A stretch of DNA of 64,000 nucleotides from an uncultured Hyphomicrobiales bacterium (GTDB lineage: Bacteria; Pseudomonadota; Alphaproteobacteria; Rhizobiales; Rhizobiaceae): positions 4,298 to 68,297 of the forward strand of contig CALUBX010000001.1 of assembly GCA_943914405.1 (NCBI GenBank). The letters run 5' to 3'. The position numbers and the translations under genes are program-made. This document shows positions 57,765 through 64,000 of the stretch, piece by piece (within the stretch, counting starts at the first letter, position 1; each line of letters starts with the position of its first letter). The notes under the pieces are model-generated. The model was not told the origin of the DNA and did not search any database. It saw only the letters and a list, made by a program, of their open reading frames with translations.

Positions 57765-58852
57765 GGGCGCATCTCCTGTCCTGGCCTTATCTTCTGTCCC
57801 TCCTGAAGTTCACTGACTCCTGCAACCACGACTCTTTCTTCCGCGGTCAGTCCCGATTTGACCCGTACAAGTGGGTTCTCCGGCCCGGTTTGTTCCAGGA
57901 CAACCGTACGCGACGACACGCTCAGGGTATTCGGATCGATCACCCAAACACTAGGGACGCCATTCTTCTCCACGATTGCCGAGCGGGGCACTTCCACGGC
58001 TTGGATGCGTTGGCGCTCCGTGAACGTGGCGGTCACGACCGCACCGAAGCGGAAGACCTCGGGGGGCTTTTCCAGGGCGATTTTCACCCTGTAGGTTCGG
58101 GTGTCCGCGTCCGCCTGCGGAGCGATCTCCCGGACCTGTCCGGATGTCCGCAAGCTGCCATCGAGCTGCAGCGCAACGTCTACATGGTTGGACGAAGTGA
58201 TAGACGAAACCTGCGCCTCGGGCACGTCTATGATGACATCGCGCTGATCGAGCCGCGCGAGTTTCAGGACGGCTTGTCCGGCTGTAACGGTCTGGCCCAC
58301 TTCAACGGAGGTTGAGGTGATCACGCCGTCGAACTCCGCCTCTAACCGAGCATAGCCAAGCTGCTCCCGGGTCTTGGCCAGATTGGCTTGCGCTTTCGCG
58401 ACATTCGCCTGTGCCGACTTGAGCCCCTGTTCGGCAAGTTCGAGGTCGGCAACGCTGGCGGTGTTAGTCGCAGCGAGCATGCGTTTGCGTTGCTCGTTAA
58501 TCACGGCGTTCTCGAGTTGGGCATTCGCATTTCTGAGATCGGCTTGCGCGCTGATCACGGCGAGCTGCAATGTGAGCGGATCGATCTCCGCGAGAATGTC
58601 GCCCTTCCTGACGATGTCGCCTGTCTCAACCTGTCGCGCGATAACACGGCCAAGAACCCGGAATGCGAGTTCGGTCTCCACCCGCGGCTGAACGACACCG
58701 GCAAAACTCAAGGCTTGGGAACGACCGGCTGTCACGTCCATCCAGACTACGGGTCGCGGTGGCGTGTTTTCCGCTGCAGCGGGCTGGTAGGGTAAGGACC
58801 AGACGATGACTGTTGCGATATAGAGCATAGTAGCTGGGGACGGGCGCTTCAT
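57761..58852 (-). CDS. RND periplasmic adaptor (MFP)
   Basis: LAFRVLGRV, AEFDGVIT and EVGQTV. Confidence 0.9.
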   Translation of the reverse strand: MKRPSPATMLYIATVIVWSLPYQPAAAENTPPRPVVWMDVTAGRSQALSFAGVVQPRVETELAFRVLGRVIARQVETGDIVRKGDILAEIDPLTLQLAVISAQADLRNANAQLENAVINEQRKRMLAATNTASVADLELAEQGLKSAQANVAKAQANLAKTREQLGYARLEAEFDGVITSTSVEVGQTVTAGQAVLKLARLDQRDVIIDVPEAQVSSITSSNHVDVALQLDGSLRTSGQVREIAPQADADTRTYRVKIALEKPPEVFRFGAVVTATFTERQRIQAVEVPRSAIVEKNGVPSVWVIDPNTLSVSSRTVVLEQTGPENPLVRVKSGLTAEERVVVAGVSELQEGQKIRPGQEMRP

Positions 58853-58853
58853 C

Positions 58854-59978
58854 TCAGTTACCCTCCCAGTTCACGACCTGGTCGGGCCGAAGGAACTTGC
58901 CGCCTTCCGTGACAACCAGTTCCTGTGCGGAGACCCCCTTTGCGGCAGTGAATTCGCCTGCGCGGTAACTTGCTACAGTGATCGGGCGAAGTGCGACGGT
59001 GCGCTTGGCCGCATCCACGATCCAAACTGCGGGCTTCCCGTCAGCCGACGCCATCGCGCTCCACGGCAATGTGATCGCAGCCTCTTGAGACGCTTGAAAA
59101 GTGCCGATCACGGGAGTTCCAAGGGACCATTGGACATTGTCGGGAAGTGCCAATTTCACGCGGATCGTTCCGGTCGTCGTATCGATGACCGGCGCGACCT
59201 CTCTCACTTTTGCAGGGATACCACCGCCAGGATTCGAGACTGGCACCACGGTCGCCTCATCGCCCGGTGGCCCGGCCAGGAAAAATGCCTCGAAGACATC
59301 GAAGACCGCATCACGGGGACCATCATGGGCGAGCGTGAAGGCAGGCTGTGCCGCTGATACGACCTGCCCAACCTCGATGCTGCGCGCAGTGATGATGCCG
59401 TCAGCATTGGCTTTGAGTTCGGTGTGGGAGAGTGCGTCGCGAGTGATCGCCAGGGACGCTTTGGCGGACTCCAGCGACCCTTCTGCCGTCGCCAATTCCT
59501 CTTTCGCCTGATCGTAGGTCGACTGGGCGATTGCGCGTGTCTCCACCAATGTCTGATAGCGCTGAAAGGCGAGTTTCTTTTGATTGAGTGTCGCTTGCGC
59601 CGCCAGAAGACCAGCCTCAGCCGACTCCACGTCGGCGCGTTGCTCGGTGTCATCGATCCGAGCCAGAACATCTCCGGCGTGCACATGTGAACCGATATCC
59701 ACCCGCCGCTCTATGACCTTGCCGGCGGAGCGGAACGCGAGGTCGGTCTGGATGCGCGCTCGTATCTCGCCTGAGACGCCTGTGCTGCGCTGATGCTCGA
59801 TCATTGCAGCGTGAATCACGCGTACCGGCTGCGGTGGCGCCGCTGTTGTCTTGGCATTGTCGTCGCATGCCGCAAGCAACATGCCGGTCAAACCGAGACC
59901 AATCACGCGAAATCGAATTTTGGAAGTGCGATGCCGGCTCGTAAACTCGCCGGCATCATATCGTTCTTGCTTCTTCAA
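58854..59978 (-). CDS. RND periplasmic adaptor (MFP), lipoprotein
   Basis: LLAAC lipobox, LAFRSAGKV and ADGIIT; start uncertain. Confidence 0.88.
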   Translation of the reverse strand: MKKQERYDAGEFTSRHRTSKIRFRVIGLGLTGMLLAACDDNAKTTAAPPQPVRVIHAAMIEHQRSTGVSGEIRARIQTDLAFRSAGKVIERRVDIGSHVHAGDVLARIDDTEQRADVESAEAGLLAAQATLNQKKLAFQRYQTLVETRAIAQSTYDQAKEELATAEGSLESAKASLAITRDALSHTELKANADGIITARSIEVGQVVSAAQPAFTLAHDGPRDAVFDVFEAFFLAGPPGDEATVVPVSNPGGGIPAKVREVAPVIDTTTGTIRVKLALPDNVQWSLGTPVIGTFQASQEAAITLPWSAMASADGKPAVWIVDAAKRTVALRPITVASYRAGEFTAAKGVSAQELVVTEGGKFLRPDQVVNWEGN

Positions 59979-60114
59979 ATAACTTCCAGTCAGAGTAAGA
60001 TCTCCTGCGATTGTCTGCGAGGCTTCGAGCCGGCAGATTTCTGGCGCGGGGCGCTTGTCGTGTCTTGACGTCCAGACGCGTTGGGCGAAACGGCTGACGC
60101 ATTGACGCTTGCGG

Positions 60115-60840
60115 CTACCGGGTGCTGCCGGCCAATTCTTTGCCCAGTTGGTCCGCCGCCGAGCGTACCCCGGCCTTCGCGGCGTCGAGCCCCCCGAAAT
60201 TGGCGGTGATGTCGAGTGCGTTCGCGCTTCTGCTCGCAACATGGGCGTAGAGCAGGGCGCCGGTCTGGGCATCCTCGATCTCGACGGCATAGGACACCCA
60301 GCCGGAGAATGTGCCGCGACCGCCAGTGGCCTGAGCGCCCGCATTGACGACAAGGCCGACCGGCAGAACATGCGAAACGGTGGACAGCACCGGTGTGCTT
60401 GCTTCTGCACCGGTCAGTGTCAGCCTGGCGCGCAACGTACCCGGTCCGGGCTGTGCAACGAGTTGAAGACGTCGGCTGAGGACCTTGGAAAACTCCTGAT
60501 GCATGTAGCTGGCAAGTGCCTGCCGGTCGGTAGCCGACATCTTGCCGAATTGGGCGTCCGGCCCTGCATAGATCGCCGTGGGTGGAATAATCACACGACT
60601 GTAGGCTGCGAAATTCACATCCGGCCGACGGTAGGCATAGGGCCTTGTCTTGTCCGAGGTCGGGCGTAGAAACGCCGACGAAGACAGCGCTTGAGACGGT
60701 GGCGGTGTTGTTGCGCAGGCGGCGAGGGCGAGCGCCATCGCGCAAGCCGCCAGGCCACGCACCCAAATATTGGAAGGCCGCCTCCGAGGTGCCTGGGACG
60801 GACCGGAAATCGGGGTCAGACTATTTGCGCGATTATCCAA
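60115..60840 (-). CDS. DUF3313-like lipoprotein
   Basis: LAAC lipobox, YSRVII, LRARLTLTG and EIEDAQTG. Confidence 0.7.
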   Translation of the reverse strand: MDNRANSLTPISGPSQAPRRRPSNIWVRGLAACAMALALAACATTPPPSQALSSSAFLRPTSDKTRPYAYRRPDVNFAAYSRVIIPPTAIYAGPDAQFGKMSATDRQALASYMHQEFSKVLSRRLQLVAQPGPGTLRARLTLTGAEASTPVLSTVSHVLPVGLVVNAGAQATGGRGTFSGWVSYAVEIEDAQTGALLYAHVASRSANALDITANFGGLDAAKAGVRSAADQLGKELAGSTR

Positions 60841-61005
60841 AGTTCACCTCATGTGCATGGCCCGCTGTCACGGTGTTTTCTTCACCGGCAGAACGGTCCT
60901 CAGCTTTTGAACGAAAATCCCGAGGCGGTGATCCGCCTCGGCCTGACTTGCGTCATGGCTAACGATCGGGGACGGCGTGTACTCGTCTCCGGCTTGAGGT
61001 TCGTC

Positions 61006-61623
61006 TTAACGCTCCACGACGCCCCTACGGAATTGGAGGCCGCCACCAGGCTGCCGCATGATCGCGCCACCGGCGCAACGGTCTGGGCCGCATGCTCCTC
61101 GTGCCGCGGCGCCGCCGCCGTAAGGGCCGCGAACAACGGCAGAACCGCCGCATGCCGCTCCGACGCAGCCACCTCGCGCAACGCCGCCGTAGCCCGGGCC
61201 GCCGCGATAATACGTGTTCCACTGTCCGTGCCACGGCTGGCCGGCATAATGGTTGTTCCAGTAAGCCTGATTGAAGGCGACAACGGTCAATCCGATCATC
61301 GGAATGAGCGCCGGTGAAAGAGCTACTGTTTGGCCTTGATAGTAGATGCTGACATAGTTCGAAGAGACCCAGCCGCGTGCTCCTCCCCACGAGACGTCGC
61401 ACCAGGACGCTGCATCAAGGCACCCGTAGATGGTAAGAGCTGCGCTCGGCGGCATCGTCATGACCACTGGATACCATGTTCCCGGCCCGGCCCTCAGATT
61501 GACGCTGCCGACCGTCGCTCCTTTTGTTGCCGCTACAGCCGGGCCTGATGCGACGGCCATACACAGCGCTGCCAATGCACCCAGGATACGGCGGCGCGTA
61601 ACCCAAATACGCTTTATGTTCAT
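61006..61623 (-). CDS. bacterial SH3-domain secreted protein
   Basis: VNLRAGPGT, GCL...WCDV...RGWVSSNY and a Gly/Cys-rich tail. Confidence 0.85.
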   Translation of the reverse strand: MNIKRIWVTRRRILGALAALCMAVASGPAVAATKGATVGSVNLRAGPGTWYPVVMTMPPSAALTIYGCLDAASWCDVSWGGARGWVSSNYVSIYYQGQTVALSPALIPMIGLTVVAFNQAYWNNHYAGQPWHGQWNTYYRGGPGYGGVARGGCVGAACGGSAVVRGPYGGGAAARGACGPDRCAGGAIMRQPGGGLQFRRGVVER

Positions 61624-61706
61624 AACTTTCTCCTTTGAAATCGTTGAGCTTTCCTGAGTCAACGCGTCCGACAACTTGAACGAGCAGATCAAAGTCGTTC
61701 AAATAT

Positions 61707-62030
61707 TTACAAGTTGACGACGCTCCAACGGCTGTCGTTTGGCCCATCGTCTTCGGAGCCATCAGGGTCGCCAAAGCGGTAGGCGCTGACACATCTCTCC
61801 GTCGAAGCCGCCTCGTTCGACACGCACAGCTCATATCCGTCCTCGGCGGCATACAGAGTGACGCAAACGGTATTCGGCATTCCGTTTTCCATCGGGAAAC
61901 AGAGCGCCTCGATGGATTCGTTCTCCCATGGGATCGTGACGGGCCGCTCGCGGGCAGCCGCGTTAACAGAGACGGAAATGCCGGCAAGCAGCATCAAAGC
62001 AAAGCAGGTAAAACCGCGCCTCTTACTCAT
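61707..62030 (-). CDS. small secreted Cys-containing hypothetical protein
   Basis: GAGGG RBS, signal-peptide-like N-terminus and four Cys in the mature part. Confidence 0.5.
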   Translation of the reverse strand: MSKRRGFTCFALMLLAGISVSVNAAARERPVTIPWENESIEALCFPMENGMPNTVCVTLYAAEDGYELCVSNEAASTERCVSAYRFGDPDGSEDDGPNDSRWSVVNL

Positions 62031-62388
62031 TGTCCCTCGCTTGTAATGCTGAATAGAAGGTCGATGTCCGGGCAGTTTCTTTCTTGCCACGGAGCGAAAT
62101 GCAATTAACGGCAATCGCCATCCGACCTGTTGCCAAGGGTTCGAGGCAACGGTGCATTCTGAAAGATTGACCTACTCCATAACTGGTTGGCCCCGAGGCA
62201 AACGGCCGTTGCTCGCGCCAGCGCTGCGATGGTTTTCGGTCGGTATTTTTCAATCATCAGCAGCTTCCCGAATGGATGAATTGCTACTGATACGAAGTGC
62301 GGCGCCCGATGCGACATTCCGGTTGGATTTTTTTCGGAGCTGCCATTCAGATCTGAGATCTTATGGTGAGCAGCAGTAAGGGAAGGAC

Positions 62389-62769
62389 ATGCAACATGAG
62401 CTGGTCCAGTTGGCGCAGATGATCGACTGGCCGTTTCTGAAAGAGCGTTTTGGCAAGGTTTTTCAGGATGGATCAGGTATGCGGCAGCTGCCGACCCGGC
62501 TGATGGCAGGGCTGGCAATCCTCAAGCATACATTCAATTTGTCGGATGATGGGGTTTGCGTCCGCTACCACGACAGTCCGTACTTCCAGTATTTTTGCGG
62601 TGGGGAGCTCTTCCAGCACAGATTGCATTTGGACCGTTCGTCGATGACGCGCTGGCATCAGCGCATGGGCGAGGAGCGGATAACGGCTCTTCTACGGGAG
62701 AACCTCTCGGTGGCGGCCAAGACCGGTGCGATGAAGCCGTCGGACACGCGGCAGGCGATCGTGCGATAA
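62389..62769 (+). pseudogene. IS5-family transposase fragment
   Basis: HELVQLAQMIDW, RLMAGLAILKHTFNLSD, PYFQYFCG and DRSSMTRW; stops before the DDE domain. Confidence 0.85.
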
Positions 62770-62803
62770 CTGATCGGTCTAGCCCGCGACGGATCGGCGA
62801 CCG

Positions 62804-63286
62804 TTACGGAACGCGCAGTATTCCCTTTGCCTTTTGATCGGCAACCACCGTGCGCCTTCCTTCGGGGGAGATTTGACCTATCGCATCCACCAATGGACCG
62901 CCAATTGCGTCCATGAACTCCGTCCAGGCGGACTGCATTGCACTGAGGGCCGCCAGGGTTGCGACAGGATCATACGGATCAGCAGACATCTGTTTCAGCA
63001 TTTCTTGCCGAGCCTCGGTAACTTTCCTCACGGCTCGCGCATATCGCGGTTCTTCCTTGAGAAGAGTCTCACGGAACGACCTGGCGTCTGAAGCGGGAAG
63101 GGTCGCTTCCGCAACAGCAAGAATGCGAGCTAAAGGATCATCACCTCTGGGGACCTCCGGTGTCGCACGCAGCATTTGCCCTCCCACAAAAGCGAGAAGG
63201 AACATGTTCAACACGAGCGATATGGGAAGAGCAATTCGCAGCCATTTTCTTGTGCCATCCTGTGTTTGAACCATATTGCTGTTCAT
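62804..63286 (-). CDS. periplasmic heavy-metal-sensor / Spy-CpxP-like protein
   Basis: SLVLNMFLLAFVGG anchor, helical body and ISPEGRR. Confidence 0.7.
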   Translation of the reverse strand: MNSNMVQTQDGTRKWLRIALPISLVLNMFLLAFVGGQMLRATPEVPRGDDPLARILAVAEATLPASDARSFRETLLKEEPRYARAVRKVTEARQEMLKQMSADPYDPVATLAALSAMQSAWTEFMDAIGGPLVDAIGQISPEGRRTVVADQKAKGILRVP

Positions 63287-63753
63287 TCCATGAAAATTGG
63301 GATCGATGCGACCTGAAGTGTGGAGAGCAGATCACCGGAGGCGGGTAAGTTCGGGAAATGCATCCCGATAAAAAGACCCGCAGCCACTGCTATCCCGCTG
63401 CCGGAGGAAATACCCAGCCAATTCAGATGGGGCCATAGCCCGCGAACTTGCGCAAAAAGCCGTGCACCGAACCGGGAGGGTCCGGATGGTGCTGGCGCTA
63501 TTCGCGCAGCGACGTTCGTTCTCAGGCGCACCAAGGCGACACTACGCTCGCCCGGCGGCCACAGGGAGATCTCTTGATGCCTGCGCGCCGCCGCTAGCGC
63601 ATCATCCATCAAGCGCTCCTCCGCAAGAACGGTACGCGCCACTTTCGAGATCTTTAGCAGAGACAGCGCATCGGCCTGCACCTCTACAGGCCAGAGGTCA
63701 ATATTCGCTCCGTAACTTCGCGCCAGGGACGTAAAACGTTCGATCTTCAACAT
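63283..63753 (-). CDS. putative anti-sigma membrane protein
   Basis: ERF...YGANIDLWP N-terminus and a single TM; directly downstream of the ECF sigma gene. Confidence 0.6.
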   Translation of the reverse strand: MLKIERFTSLARSYGANIDLWPVEVQADALSLLKISKVARTVLAEERLMDDALAAARRHQEISLWPPGERSVALVRLRTNVAARIAPAPSGPSRFGARLFAQVRGLWPHLNWLGISSGSGIAVAAGLFIGMHFPNLPASGDLLSTLQVASIPIFME

Positions 63754-63755
63754 AT

Positions 63756-64000
63756 TTATTCTCCCTGTTTATCACGCTCTGCCAGCAGCCGCTCACGAAG
63801 TGTAGTTCTGGCGCGCGCAAGCAGACGCTCTATTGCTTTGGCCGACAGCCCAAGAATACGTCCCGCCTCAGCGCCGGATATGCCTTCCTCGTAGACGAGT
63901 ATCATCGCGGCCTGCTGGCTCGCTGGCAATGCGCGAATAGCTGCAGCCAGGGCGGCATCGCGCTCGGTACTCGTCAAAATCTCGTCTGCTGCGGCTCCTG
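63756..64000 (-). CDS. ECF RNA polymerase sigma factor, C-terminal part (partial)
   Basis: Region 4: LPASQQAAMILVYEEGISGAEAGRILGLSAKAIERLLARAR. Confidence 0.85.
   Translation of the reverse strand, partial: GAAADEILTSTERDAALAAAIRALPASQQAAMILVYEEGISGAEAGRILGLSAKAIERLLARARTTLRERLLAERDKQGE

Noticed and set aside
59979..60410. 518-aa version of the MFP ORF
   Set aside because: The extension overlaps the DUF3313 gene; the lipoprotein signal starts much later.
62100..62800. Complete IS5 element with terminal IRs
   Set aside because: The transposase is truncated at both ends, and no IRs or target duplication could be identified.

Overview
GC-rich, alphaproteobacterial-looking (Rhizobiales-like; inferred) DNA. 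Most of the window is a Tn4371/ICEMlSym-like integrative conjugative element whose integrase and att ends are not visible. From left to right: (1) a defence-type island at 1-4052 (end of a probable SIR2-like gene, HerA ATPase, and a convergent HEPN plus nuclease-like gene pair). (2) Leading-region genes (DUF932, long ParB-like, strawberry-notch methylase/helicase, Toprim, DUF2493, ssb), with accessory genes at 8.0-11.2 kb that include an Eco1/ESCO-like zinc-finger acetyltransferase and an AidH-like hydrolase. (3) A 6.1-kb RIT (three tyrosine recombinase) element with ~148-bp inverted repeats, carrying a primase-helicase cargo and splitting the strawberry-notch gene. (4) A QseM / frameshifted FseA / RdfS regulatory module. 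(5) repA with an internal iteron and DnaA-box cluster, parA, an orphan DNA methyltransferase, parG, traF, oriT, relaxase, traG and trbBCDEJKLFGI. (6) Cargo from 47.9 kb: LysR, a damaged diguanylate cyclase, phosphoketolase, an SDR remnant, an RND efflux operon, an IS5 remnant and an ECF sigma trio. All calls come from motif recognition by eye; no database searches were run.
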